Source: Eledone cirrhosa
Taxonomy: Eukaryota
Reading direction: 5' to 3'
Assembly: GCA_964016885.1 (NCBI GenBank)
Contig: OZ024745.1
Location: 38,502,001 to 38,566,000 of the forward strand
Length of the DNA: 64,000 bases
Shown here: piece after piece, positions 39,389-53,149 of the stretch
Position numbering within the stretch: position 1 is the stretch's first letter
Layout: each line of letters opens with the position of its first letter
Notes under the pieces: generated by a model
The model's database searches: none
What the model saw: only the letters and a program-made list of their open reading frames with translations
Told to the model about the DNA's origin: nothing
Made by a program: the position numbers and the translations under genes

Positions 39389-42300
39389 CTGTGAGGAAAC
39401 AAGGAAAAATATATTCAATCATCATTATTTTTATCATTGTGGTCAACATCACAAATATCATCATCATCACAAATATCATCATCATAATAAACATTATCAT
39501 AACCATTAAGCTCACCAGCAGCACCACTATAACAATGATAAATACCACCGCAGAAACCTCCAACAGCATCACCCCACGAAGAATACCAGTGTTTTTTCTT
39601 CCAGTGTTTTATTTTGTGATTCGTCGCTTGATAATAAATATATTTGTGTGGCTACGATTGCATAATCTTTGAAATCACATACCATCTGATATTTCCCCAG
39701 TCTATTGGGTATTTCTTATTTATGACATCTATCAACCAGTTATTGAACTTATATAAGTTGAATCTTTTGGGATATCATCCAATGTCGATATTTAATACCC
39801 AAACGTCTCATTCACAATATTAAATAAACTTAATATTTAAATTTGTATCTAATCAAATGTCAACAACATCGCAAATGCCAGACAGCCGCTACAGTGCCAG
39901 ACGATTGCTATCTAGAGTACCGGACAAACTCTTTAGTTACATCACTTTATATTATATTTTATATGCTAAGGGTTTTCACTGATTTGATGTTAAAAGACAT
40001 TAGTTTGTCGTCACCGTTTAATTAATGAGGGAATGGCAGCACCATTTTCTCCACTTTTAGAATAACTTTGTCCATTTCCGTGTTGGTAAATGTGGAATGT
40101 ATCCCTAAACTGGAGTCAAAATTCAAATACACTCACAGAGGAGGTTTGATGTGTTAATGAAAGTCGGGTCGGATTAAGTCTACCTCTCACGAATTCCATC
40201 ATCAAAACGTTTGATGAAAAACCACACAGTGTTGCACTTAACACTCAAGCACATTCATCGTTTTATACGCATTCGCGGGATTAGAACTCATTAAGCTACT
40301 CCTTGACAACACAAAATATTAGTCTAACTTCATGCTGCATTTTCTGAAGTATACGGGACCAACCACTTTGGATTCTTTGGCGTATAAAATGATATCACTT
40401 GATAGTCTGATAAATATTCTACCAGGCTATACGTTGCTGCCTATGACAGAAATCTAGAGTTTTTCTAAACGACACAACCTTCCTCAAATCTATTTATAGT
40501 TGTCCTTGTGTCACTGATTTAAATATTCTTTTTAACTTCATTATATATTCCGTTTATATAAACTCAATTTGTGCAACTCTATTTCACGCTGTCTCTTTCC
40601 TCCCTACGTATTTCCTTTTCTAGGCGATATACTAATCACTGTGAAAAATTCTCAATGTTACAACTGTATCCATATGAGTAACATCACCGCACACGCATCT
40701 GCACTACACTCAAAATGATCTGAAAATGTTGAAGCTGCTCATCAAAGATATTGATCGCTCCATTCTAGTAATATTTCACTAAACAGACTGATTAATTATC
40801 AGGCATTCAATGATATTGTATATAAAATTACAATACAGTCAAATAAGCATTTATTTAATGTACAAAAATGTATGTTTAAGGAGAAAAGTGGGAACTAAGC
40901 ATTTCCCATTATCATTCACTACATAAGAGTACTTTTTTTCATTACAATAAAGTATAGTGGATTTCGCCGAATCTTAAAATTGTTTCTAACAAGAATATTG
41001 GTAGTTTAACTGTAGCTGTAGATGGCTGGCCATTATATGCACTTTATAACACATTTAATAGTTGTTAAACGGTAGATTGGTAAAAGCCAAAGAGGTAGCT
41101 CTCATATGATATTCTTATCTAAATTTGATCGGGTTAATAGTTTTGCTGTGTGATTTAGCCGCAAAGCCATTGCCTGTCTCTAAAATATGTTTGTTATCCA
41201 CAAATTTCAGCTCAAGAAGAATAACGATTTCTAAAGTAATTTGTGAAGAGCAGCGTATAGCCTGATAGAATATATATCAGACTATCAAGTGATAAAATTT
41301 CATACGCCAAAGATGCCAAAGTGGATGGTTCCGTATAAAGATACTTCAGAAAATGCAGCATGTAGTTAAATTAATATTTTATGACTACATTGTCATCTGA
41401 ACACTTTCAGAACCAGATTGAGGAGAAAGGGAATTTCTTCTATTCATCAGTTTTACCTTCCCTCCGAATAAAAAGGTAAAAACAATAACACACACTGGAT
41501 AATATAGAATATATAGTAAAAGGTTACAATGGTCAAATTTGAAAAGCATTCGGGCCTATGTATGCTCAATTAACGTTAACCTACCGCTAAACCTTTAACA
41601 TTTTATTAACATCGAAATTAACACAACACGCAACGATATATTGAGATAACTTTATAAAATATGGGCGTAAGTGTTACCGATATGTGTAATAATGTTTCAA
41701 TAAAATTTTCAAATTTATGTTAGACTTTGATTAATTAATATGCCGTAGCGTGTTTGTATAGTGTAATAACACTGTATGCTTCACAATTGATGATGAATTA
41801 TTTCATTATAGACCCATTTTATAATTTTATAATAGTTTTCAGAATATTATGGCTTCGTGTAGATGAGGAAAACTGTACAGTTGTTCATATAGTGTGTATT
41901 GATTCGTGAAATAAAGCAAAATATAACACAATATATTCCACTTTATGCCAGTTCTTGTTCCTGTTTAGCGATGAATGAACAGACATTTGTCGAAGTCGTT
42001 CCATTCGTGACCATCATGTATACATGGTATTATTGAATGTATATATACATTCCAGTTTGTTATAGCTTTATTGGCTCGTGCAGATAGTGCTGAATATAAT
42101 ATACTCCGTAACGGTGATGCTGTGTATTGAGAGTGGGTAATGGCTTTATATCCTTAGTATTGAGTTCTGCTGAACATGATCATGATTAGCTAGATTGTTT
42201 ATATGGTTACCCAGATTGTTTATATCTAGAAGGTAACTGAGAATTGTGCCATCTGTCCTTCAAACGTTTAGGGTAAGGGTGATGTTTCTAGATAATATTT

Positions 42301-42864
42301 CGAGTTTTATGTTAACATAGATGGGTGTCCTCACGGAAAATGTTCACTCTTTCTTTTTTTCAATGCATTGTGCATTATGCAGGGTTGCATACAATCCAAA
42401 CATACTCAGAGACTAAGTCCCATTTTGCTATTATACAAGTTGAAACACGTGCTCACACATTCACACACACACGCACACATACAAATACACACACGGACAC
42501 ACACACGCACACACTCATACGTACCAGTGACCGAAAGACCTACACACAAATGCATTCGTATATTTTTTCTGGTTCATTTTGAGATGATATCCTGTAGAAA
42601 ATGAGGCTTTAATCCTTCACATTATATATGAACTGGGTTTGTTATTTACAACAAGGCGGCCGATTAACGCAGTATTAAAACATACTCGTTCCAAACAGTT
42701 AAAGTATATTTTATATAATATAATACTAGTATCCTTACCTTTTCTCTCGTCCATTATCAAATACATATGCGCGCGTACACACGCTCATACACACGCGCGC
42801 ACACACACACACATACACACGTCCACACACACACACACGTACACACATATATAATAAACTTTCG

Positions 42865-43090
42865 CTTTTTATCAAGATAAAATTGATCAACAGCAATATG
42901 ATTCCACCGGTCATTTGTGTCCGCGTAACTTGTAGTAGGAAGACCAGTTACGAGAACCAATTAGATTATTTTCACACCAAATACCTACATAAAATACGTG
43001 GCATTTCATGGGATGACTTCATCACGAACAAAAAATCCATCAACCAACCTACCAACAACATGTGGTTAACTCCCAAGCGAAATACATGCT
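42865..43090 (+). mobile_element. RTE-like LINE fragment, post-RT region
   Basis: LDYFHTKYLHKIRGISWDDFITN matches the typical RTE F..R.LR.I..I.W.D...N pattern. Confidence 0.65.
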
Positions 43091-43881
43091 AATTAGGTGC
43101 ACACGAGCATGATCGGAATATATCCTGCCTTGTGCTTTTCTGACACATTATTTATTTCATTTTTCAGTCTACAAAACATCACCGCGGAGATATGTCGTTA
43201 AAGTCCCTCTGAGAAAACATACCTCAGGATGTAAGCAAAAAAATAACTATACTCATTTACATACATGCGACATTCGTATTTACCTATATGAATGGGCACA
43301 CAGATATTCATATGAATACATCCGCACACACATACATGTCCAACCCCACAAGAACAAATATATAGGTGCGTACGTGCCCAAGCCTGCATATGTGCACGGA
43401 GACACGTAGGCTCAGACTCAGAAACATACACCCGCGAACGCCCAAATCTCTGTGGACCAGTGCAGATATTCGGACTGCTTTTTTGATACATGTTTAATGG
43501 CGTGCGTTTGCGTGTGTCCATTCATACAAGTTAATACGGGAGTGTTTGCTTGTACGAATGCTGCGTATGTGTCAGCATCAATACGTACTGACATGCATCC
43601 CGATGGATGTTTATAAAGAGGGGCTTTTAGAGATGAATTACCGGCGTTGACTTTCTGAGAACAAAACTTCAGGGGACTCCGAATATCTTAGAAGGTATAC
43701 GCCAGTTTGGCATGTATTTTATAGTATATTTTCTCAATGATTACCCCCAATTGAACCCTGGATACATTTTATATATAACGCGTGCTATATTATATATACA
43801 TATATATGTATATATTAGTAGAACACTGCAGGGTTATATCCGTAGTAGTAGAGCACTCAGTCCATATGACGAGTTTGGTAA

Positions 43882-44071
43882 TAGTTCCACAACAGTTAGT
43901 TCACCATTCCGAGAACAAATGTTTCACCTTAAGGGGATCGCAGCTCGGTCTGAGTGGAAAGAAAAGAAAAAAAGAAATATTTTTTTCCGTACCAATCCAC
44001 TCAGACCGAGCTGAAGATCCGCTTAAGGTGAAACATTTCTTCCCGGTATGGTGAGCTAACTGTTGTGGAAC

Positions 44072-44073
<2 letters not shown>
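43882..44073. repeat. Fold-back repeat with hammerhead (arms 43882-43958 and 43996-44073)
   Basis: + strand 44005-44047: ccgag CTGAAGA tccgcttaaggt GAAA catt TC ttcccgg; the minus arm keeps stem I CCGAG/CTCGG but has a damaged core. Confidence 0.8.
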
Positions 44074-44142
<69 letters not shown>

Positions 44143-44144
<2 letters not shown>

Positions 44145-44490
44145 AGAGTTCTATTTAAATTGTTGGGATACAACAAGCAAGTATTTGTATAACTGATATA
44201 AAGCACTCAACAAATATTTGGAGTAAAAATACGATATTAACAAATGGAAACTATATTTATAAAACCATATTTATTTCATTATACATATTTCAAGGACACC
44301 AAGTTAAATCCGGGAGCTTCCAAGAGTAATGGTTGCATTCTTTAAGGGTATGTCAATATTTATTTATAAAACTGATCTATATTATATTTTATCTGATGAA
44401 AGCACACCATCATTTAACTTGGTGTCCTTGAAATATGTATAATAAAATAAATATGGTTTTATAAATATAGTTTCCATTTGTTAAAATCGT
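44143..44490. repeat. Fold-back hammerhead repeat family A, second locus
   Basis: Homologous to 26840-27269; arms ~44231-44308 and 44412-44490. Confidence 0.88.
44385..44449 (+). ncRNA. Minimal type I hammerhead ribozyme, canonical core
   Basis: tattttat CTGATGA aagcacacca...tggtgtcctt GAAA tatgta TA ataaaata; 8 bp stem I, long stem II with one mismatch. Confidence 0.82.
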
Positions 44491-44503
44491 ATATATATAT
44501 ATT

Positions 44504-44565
<62 letters not shown>

Positions 44566-44822
44566 AAGGTCATTGGCTGCGCACACACACCTACATATAT
44601 ACATGGGGTGTTGATTATTAGTGTATGATATATATTCATGTATATACCTACTGGAAAAACTGATACATTTTAAATGATTCATAGAATTTGTTTTGTAATT
44701 TTTAACTCTTTTTCTAGTGAAAATACCATGACGCCTTTCCCGTGGCTAATTATACCCACACACATACATACACACGCACACATTGACAAACACATGTACA
44801 CATACATGCATATACCCCGCCC

Positions 44823-44888
<66 letters not shown>

Positions 44889-44890
44889 GC

Positions 44891-44921
<31 letters not shown>

Positions 44922-44996
44922 GACATATATATATATATATATATATATACCCATATATATATATATATATACACATATATACATATATATATAGAC

Positions 44997-45090
<94 letters not shown>

Positions 45091-45168
45091 GTGTGTGTGT
45101 GTGTGCGTGTGTATATATATATATGTATATATATATATGTATATATGTGTATATATATATATATATAT

Positions 45169-45203
45169 ATAGTTTCCCAAAAAGATCAAATGAATAAGAT
45201 CGG

Positions 45204-45261
<58 letters not shown>

Positions 45262-45296
45262 CCGATCTTATTCATTTGATCTTTTTGGGAAACTAT
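45169..45296. repeat. Perfect ~38 bp inverted repeat enclosing (TA)n
   Basis: TAGTTTCCCAAAAAGATCAAATGAATAAGATCGGAACA (TA)n TGTTCCGATCTTATTCATTTGATCTTTTTGGGAAACTA. Confidence 0.9.
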
Positions 45297-48200
45297 TGAA
45301 GTGACTATAAAATGCTGAGATATTTTCAATTCAAACTATTACATTTATTTGGAGATGTAAGAACAAAACATCAAAACTAAATACGTAAATTATTAAATAA
45401 ATAAATAAAAGCAAATAAAATATATAGGAAAACAGTTCCGTTGCAGAAGTCATAGCATATTATGTAAATTTTATTTAATGATTCTATCAATTGCTGACTC
45501 CTGAGTATAACGTAAATTAGGTATTTTATGGATTGTAAACCTCCAATCATCCTCAGAACAATATCAGGTTTTAAGAGATATTTCTTATTGTAATAGTCAT
45601 TGCTATTATTATTATTATCGACATCATCGTCATCACCAATACAGTAACAATATCATGAGTAGCATCTTCATCGTCAACATCAATATCATCAACTTAATCA
45701 CCATAATCAGCATCCTATTAATCATTATCGTCCAACTTAATCACCACCATCACCTTCGTTATCATTATCATCTCATATTCATCATCTCATCATCAACATT
45801 AACTTTATTAGCATCACCAACGCCATTCCCGTCACCATCAACATCATCTTAATCATCAGTATCATCGTTAAATTGTATCATAATTTGAGAAATACATATT
45901 GAGTTTCTATTATACAGGAATTAGGTACATCTTACAAAATATGTATTATTGTAGCCAAGCAGAGATATTATTATTATCATTGTTGTTGTTGTTGTTGTTG
46001 TTGTTCTTGCTCGACAATTGTTCTTGTAAATGATAGGAATTTATCAAATACTTCGTGTAACGGTTGTGAACAATAGATGTGATTTTCTTAAGTTTCTTTG
46101 ATCTGCCAGAAAATAACAAGTGGCATGAATATCTATATTTTGTCTTTTGCATAGGAAGTTTTATGTTATGCCCGAAGAAATTTGAAGTATAAACTTAAAC
46201 TTCCAAATAATATCAACAACACCATAAGTTTTCTATTACATAGGCGTTTATGAATTGTGATATGAATCTATACATGCACCAAAACGCACACATATACCTA
46301 AAGTTACAAAGACACATACTTACTCAACCATAGACAGGTTTATATATGAATATATATAAGTTTGTATTTCTAACGTGTGCATCTTATAATATCATTAAGT
46401 GAGTATTTGACGGCCGTAGAGGTACGGATTCTCTTCGACTAGTTTCATAATACTATATTTATTTAATCGCCTAGGTGATAGCCTATCCTTTGATTGTAAG
46501 TAGAACGTTTCTATTTTTCTTTTTGTTCAATTTATATTTTTTTTTTGCAGCTCTGTGTTTGTTTTTTTTTTACATGGGTAGCCTGGTTCAGAGCTTGGCT
46601 TACATTCAGTTTATGAATTTCTCGCCAACATGTGCTTCCACAACGGCCAGGTTTTGACCGACCTCGTTTTCGTATATGGTCACTTGTCACTACAAGCCTG
46701 AAAGTGCCACAATTAGTGATGTACTCGATTGCATTGTAGGAGGAGCTTAGAGAAACATTTGCATTTGAATGGGGTGATTATCCCCCGAGGATGTGCTGCA
46801 GCGCCCAGTTATGTAATGTCTGTAGCTATTACTTAACTACTGTGAATAATAAATGCAAATGTAACTATTATTAGACCGTAGTACAGAAACTGTTGATAGT
46901 CGGGGTTTTCATGACATACACATATCGTTACCCACACGTAGCCCTTACTTTACTGATAACATCTATGTGCACTCTGTGTTAAAGTAAGAAACTTGTAATG
47001 ACATTGACTCGAATGAAAGAAGAGAAGATAAGGAGGAAAAACAATGGATGAATGGGAACAGGTCACTGACATTAAAATATGCTCTTCATATCTCAACCTC
47101 CAACAATTTCGACGAGTCAATCCACATCAAACAGATTTATAACTCCGATTTATAAGGAAAATATGTTTTGTTGTAGAAACATTGGAAAAAGCAAAACTTA
47201 CTTCAAAATTTAATATTGTTGAAATTTCATTGTGACGGTAGAATGTCTAAATCTAATTATTATGAACAGGAATCAAATCTAACATTTATTATAATTATTA
47301 TTACCTTACAATTGTGTTCAATGATGAAACATGCTATTATTTCTGTTTTGATATGCATTGTACAATACGTATATGTTATTCTTTTTCCGATGCTATGCTA
47401 CTCTAATTTCGATAGAGGCATGGGGATGTTTTCGTAGTCAATACATCTTTTTTTAATCCAACTAGCGCTGTGATTATGCTATTTATTTTAGGCATAAAGC
47501 AACTTGAATTGCATAGAAAAATGTAATCTTCTGTTTTTAAAATAGGGTGTGATGTAGGAAGATTTTGCTATAATTTCTGTCATGTCGATCAGCTAATACC
47601 GACTTGCTATCTTTCATCATAAACACGACCTGTTCAAACGTTTAGAATAATGGAAATTAAACTATTTGCAAATTCGGCATCTATCCCAACTTTGTTTTCC
47701 TTAGATATTGTATTTGTAATGAGATCTTGGATTAGTTAATAGTCCATCCTTAGCAGGACTAGCTGTTAATTATTCAGATAAATTTCATAGTTCCCATGGA
47801 TCCATAACATATATTTTCAGTCCTAGAGATGCAAACATAACAGGTGATCTGTGCTATTAATGTTCTTTGTCAACAAAGCGAAATGAAACAAAATGTGTGA
47901 AACTAGTAAACAATATTCTACCAGGATTCAATATAAACGACGTGGTTCCAACTGTCACTCTAAATTTGAGCCGAACAGAGTTGTCATTCTCATTCCATTG
48001 GGTACTGAGTATAACTTCTCAGAAGATGAGATATATAACCTTCACAATCGTAAGTATTGTATTCATTATAAAATGAAAACAACAGCTCCAGTCAATGTGA
48101 ATTGATATCCTCTATATCAGACTTTCTATATGACATATACTTAGGTATTATTCCTTTACAAATAAAAGAAAAGTAAGATTGTGTCTATTCATGAATAGAA

Positions 48201-48512
48201 ATCTAGTCAGAAACTTGATTTTTTTCGAGAATTAAGGAAGCAAAGAAGATATTTCAAGTCAAAATAGTAGAAGGCGGACGTGCAGCCATGCATTGTTGAT
48301 GAATGTATTATTCGGACCATTTATTCAATTGAACGAAGTAATTAAAGAGATGAGTTTGATGTTGAATACAACCATCTATCATGTCTGTGTATCACTCTGT
48401 GGTTCATTGTCTATTATTTACCTCGCTTTCAATCATTCTAATATTTATCAAACATTCACTTGGCTGATCAATCAATCAGACAATTTATCATATATATATA
48501 TAATATATATAT

Positions 48513-48613
<101 letters not shown>

Positions 48614-49557
48614 TGTCACTATATCTGTCTATACAGCGTTTTAAAATTAAGTGTTGTTTTTTTTTGTCATGATAATTGATTGAAAGGGGAGACACTATTG
48701 CATATATAGTTATAGCCTTTTGTATATATTATCAATTCATATTATAATATCCTATAATATCGCTTCATTTTAATTTACACAATTCTTACACATGCAAACT
48801 CCCTCGAGATTTCAGTAACAGTGGTCTTATTTCAAGTACATTTTTTCCCTTTTCCTCGTGAACCAAACTATTTTCGAATTTTGTGTGATATAGTATCGGT
48901 TCTAGTACAAATAAATACTAACGCTTAAACATCTACTTTTTCAGATTTCTTCAGTTACTATGGTGATTCTACACAAAAACACATTGTGATAAAGATAGAA
49001 TCAAGAGAATCAAAATTGTATGATACGTAATACACCAGATCCAAATGAGAACGAGAAATAGGAGAAAGGAAATTAAACATGACTATTCCAAAATAATACA
49101 CAATTTATAACATATGCGAGTTACCTTATTGTTGTTGACATTACATAAAAAGTTCTCTCAGAAAATAAAAGGATATAGAACAATGATTATTACATAATGT
49201 ACTAATGCTGAGGAAACATAGAAACTTTCTAACAACATATTTGTGCTAGGCCATCCGCAAATAGAGAAATTGCTTTCGCGTTTATGATGTGTTACTCGAA
49301 AGCTGGCCAAATTACAAGGTGACTAATTTGCAGCATTTAAACTGTTGGATAGAATGTTCTACACAATGTACTTCATCTTACCATGTTCTCATTTCCAATT
49401 CTGGCAAAGTTTAGTTTGCTTTTTCTCATTTTAAGATTGATAAATAAACTGCTTACGGTAAATTTATATAACAGACCCATTGCTTTCAGTATAGAATAAT
49501 TATTTACTCCCGTTAGTTGCATGTGTTCACAATTAAACTTCTTTCAAAGAAGGCAGC

Positions 49558-49963
49558 AGGGGACTTTTCCCGCGGAAAACGGTAGGGGCTGTGCGTGTAG
49601 GCCACTAAATGTTACGCCCTACCCTGAAATATTCTTTAACATTTTTCCCACTGTATTTTCGTGTGCTACCAACTCACCGCAACTCGCAAAGGCCTCTTCT
49701 ACCCGGAATTCGGTGGAGTAAAGGAATGCCCCTCAGATGAGCCCCCTTACTCCTTTAACCTAACCCTAAATTCGAAGCTAACGCTAGATCCAATCACAAT
49801 TGTAACCACAACACTAAATCAATCACTGTATCTACCTTTACCTTAAGACTGAACCTAACTTTAAAACTAACCCCAACCATAAATATAAAGCTATCCCTAA
49901 ACCTAACCCTAACGGCAACCCTAACACCAACAATGGTGTAGGGGGAAAACCGCAAGTCTCCCC
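49558..49963. mobile_element. Possible MITE-like element with degenerate CCTAAC repeats
   Basis: Weak terminal inversion (GGGGACTT / AAGTCTCCC) and internal CCTAAC/ACCCTAAC repeats. Confidence 0.35.
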
Positions 49964-50066
49964 TCTATATCCCTCTATTTTCTTGAGAAAAAACGTAATT
50001 TGCAGCATATAAGGAGGTACGTTTTATTACTAGCACATGAAAGCAAAAAGGAGATAATAATAGCTC

Positions 50067-52864
50067 CAGTTGCCTTTATATTGCTTTATGTTCATACGAG
50101 TTATCACCAAGTCACAACCAGTGACCTCAAGAGACAACAAGGTTTGTCATGTTCAAGAAAGTACATACATACACACATGCATATTTAGATGTTTAGACTT
50201 GTGATGTACTTATATTGACAGAATCTTCTTTAGTATAAGGGCAGTTCCCATTAGTACTATCTTTTTATTTCTCCTATATGCGGGTTTCCTTGGATTTGCA
50301 ATAAGTAATCATTAGACCCCTTAGTTATCATTCCTAGGGCGCCTGCGACCACTGGTATTGTTTTAGTTCTCAATTTCCACATTTTTCCAATTTCTATCTT
50401 CAGGTCCTTATACTAGCTCAATTTTTCAAATGTTTTTTATAGATACATTCTTGTCTATTGGAACGGACATATCAATTAGCAGGCATACCCTCTTTTTAAA
50501 AGTCCTTTAGTATTATATCAGGTCTGTTTGGATGCTAAAGTTCCACAAGGTTGAGATGTCATCTGTTTCAAGTATGGGAGGTGATTGATACTCCCACCAA
50601 TTCTTTGATGGGGCAGGTCAAAATGCTTACACATTATCCAATGTAGGTATTGTGCAGCTCTGTCATGCCTGTTTAGGTATTCGGTTGGAGCTATATGACT
50701 GCGCATTGAAATTATATGATCAATGGTCTCTGGTTGTTTTTTACATACCCGGCATAATGGGTTGCATCCATTTTTTTTATTATGTAGGATTGGTAATTTT
50801 TTGTTGGCAGACACTGATCTTGTGCTGATATAATCAGTCCTTCAGTCTCCGATTTCAGTCCAGAGGATGCCAACCACTGATGGGTTAAAGTTTTGTCAAC
50901 ATCATGATTGTTAGCTCGTTCTGGGTATTTTCCATACACAGTCTTTCCATGCTATTTCTTAGCCAGTTTCTGTAGCAGTCCTTTCTTTGCAGTTACTTTT
51001 ACCTGTTTTGCTATTTCCCTTTTGCTTTTTCCTGCTTTGCTTTTTCCATTTTGCTTTTTCCATTTCAGCAGTAAATGGGACTTCTGAAATGTGTAGGCCA
51101 TTACTGTATCTTTGTACATCTTTTGTAATGGAGTATGATCTTTTGAAACTTTCGTGTTTCAAAACGAGTTAGATCATCCAATCATGTGATTCCCTTAGAT
51201 ATGTAGATTATCCAATTGTTGCAGTTTTCAACGCAATGTCTAACTGGATTAACCCACGTGCTCCTTCTTTCCTAGGGAGATATATTCTATCTATATCTGC
51301 CTTAGGGTGATGCATTCGGTGCATGGTTAAGAGTTTTCGAATTTTTGTATCGAGCCTACGGATCTCTGTGCTTGACCAGTTGATGACATTGTAACTGTAG
51401 GTTACTACTGGTATGGCAAGCGTGTTTATGGCATCGATGCTATTCCTTGCATTCAATTCCGTTCTTAAGATTGCTCTTACTCTGCGGTAACATTCCTTCC
51501 TTATCCTTTCCCTCATTGTCGAGTGCTTGATTCCGTCTCCTTCACAAACACCTAGATATTAGTAAGTTTCCTCTTGATCAAGTTCTCTTATCACATTCCT
51601 CCGATGAAGATTATTGTCTGAACTCTTCCGCAGCTTTCCTCTGGTGAACGTTGCTTTGGCGCATTTATCTTGTCCAAACTTCATTTTAATGTCATCACTG
51701 AACTGCTCCACAGTGGATAATAGCCCTTGCAATTGCTCATCATCTTTTGCAAATAGTTTCAAGTCATCCATGTAGAACAAGTGATTAATGGTTTTGTCAT
51801 AGACTTTACATCCTTGTTTTGTTTTATTGAGCATTTTACTTAATGGTATAAGTGCGATAAAGAATAAAAGCGGTGATAAAGAGTCACCCTGAAAAAGTTC
51901 ACAATTAATATTAACTTCTCCAGCTTCCAGTGATTGTTTTCACTATTCAAAAGGAGTGTCGTTTTCCATGTTTGAATGACAGGAACCTCCTGACAAGAGG
52001 AGATATTTAGAAAATCTCTAAACATTTTTCAATCCAACTGGGTGGCAAACTATCGAAAGCTTTTTTATAATCTATCCAAGCAATTGATAGATTTTTGTGT
52101 CTTCCAGTATCATTTTGTTAACCAAAAGCTGATCCTTACAGCCATGTGAGCCTCGTTTACACCCTTTCTGCTTGTTGGGAAATAGGTAATTTCTTATCAG
52201 GTAGTCATATTTATATTCAGTTAGGACTGATGTTAAAATGTTATACATAACTTTTGGGAGTGTGTCTCATCATTCTTCGGAAGCAGGAATTTAATGCCGT
52301 TAACTAGCCATGATGGTATCATTTCTGGCTCCTTAACTATTTCATTGTAAAGTTGGGCTAACAGCTCATGAGACACTGTGAAGGCATTTATCCAAAAATG
52401 TGGTATTTGTCTTTTCCTGGGGATTTCTATTTGCTGGTTTTTCTAAGAGTCAAACGCAACTGTTCAACTGTTATATTTTCCCATATTTGTTCCTCAAGGT
52501 GAGCTGTATCTTTCATTTGTCTGTCTATCCATGGGGCATGTATATTATGAATCTTTTCTTCGGCCCAGATCTTTTCCCAGAATTCCCAGAATTCTTGCAC
52601 TTCCTCCTTGGGTTATTGTTGACTTGCCAAGTTTCTTTGATTGTTTTTGAACATATTATTGTCCTTATAGAAGCTAGATCGTTTTTCAAAGCGCATTATA
52701 GGAGCAGCTTTGGCTGACACTTTTTGCTTGATTATTTCTATCAGCATGTCTATGTCACTTGTTGATTTTATACTATATTTTATTTTCAATTTTCTAAGTT
52801 TAGTTTGTTTAACATGTTCACCATAGGCTTTTCTTGCCATTTCTTAGCCAGTTTCTGTAGCAGT
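50067..52864 (-). mobile_element. Dong/R4-clade non-LTR retrotransposon, 5'-truncated and frameshifted
   Basis: RT motif NHLFYMDDLKLF, ETEGLIISAQDQ, CRVC...H zinc knuckle and RHD motif; abuts (ATT)n at its 5' end; highly similar to 61024-63395. Confidence 0.92.
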
Positions 52865-53149
52865 ATTATTATTATTATTATTATTGAATGCCATGGTTGA
52901 TGGAGGCTTGGCTCTGTAAGGTATAGTAATTTTTAACCGCTATAACAATTGTAAATTGTTTACACTTTAACCAAATTGTAGATAAAAACACCCTCCTCCT
53001 CGTGAGAGGGGTCTTTCTGCCCGTTATTTGGCCCTTCGGGGTTAAATAACCGATTTTTGTGGTTTTGTAACCAATATTAATTTTAAACCAAAAAAAAACA
53101 TGGCTACAAAAACGAATTTTCACTTATTCCGTCTTCTTCTTCCTCAATC

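Noticed and set aside
39389-39572. Hydrophobic N-terminus of ORF 39213-39572 as a transmembrane segment
   Set aside because: It lies upstream of the AG acceptor at 39389-39390 and is (ATC)n-like intron sequence.
49740-49930. Interstitial telomeric repeat
   Set aside because: CCCTAA units are sparse and degenerate; more likely internal repeats of a small element.
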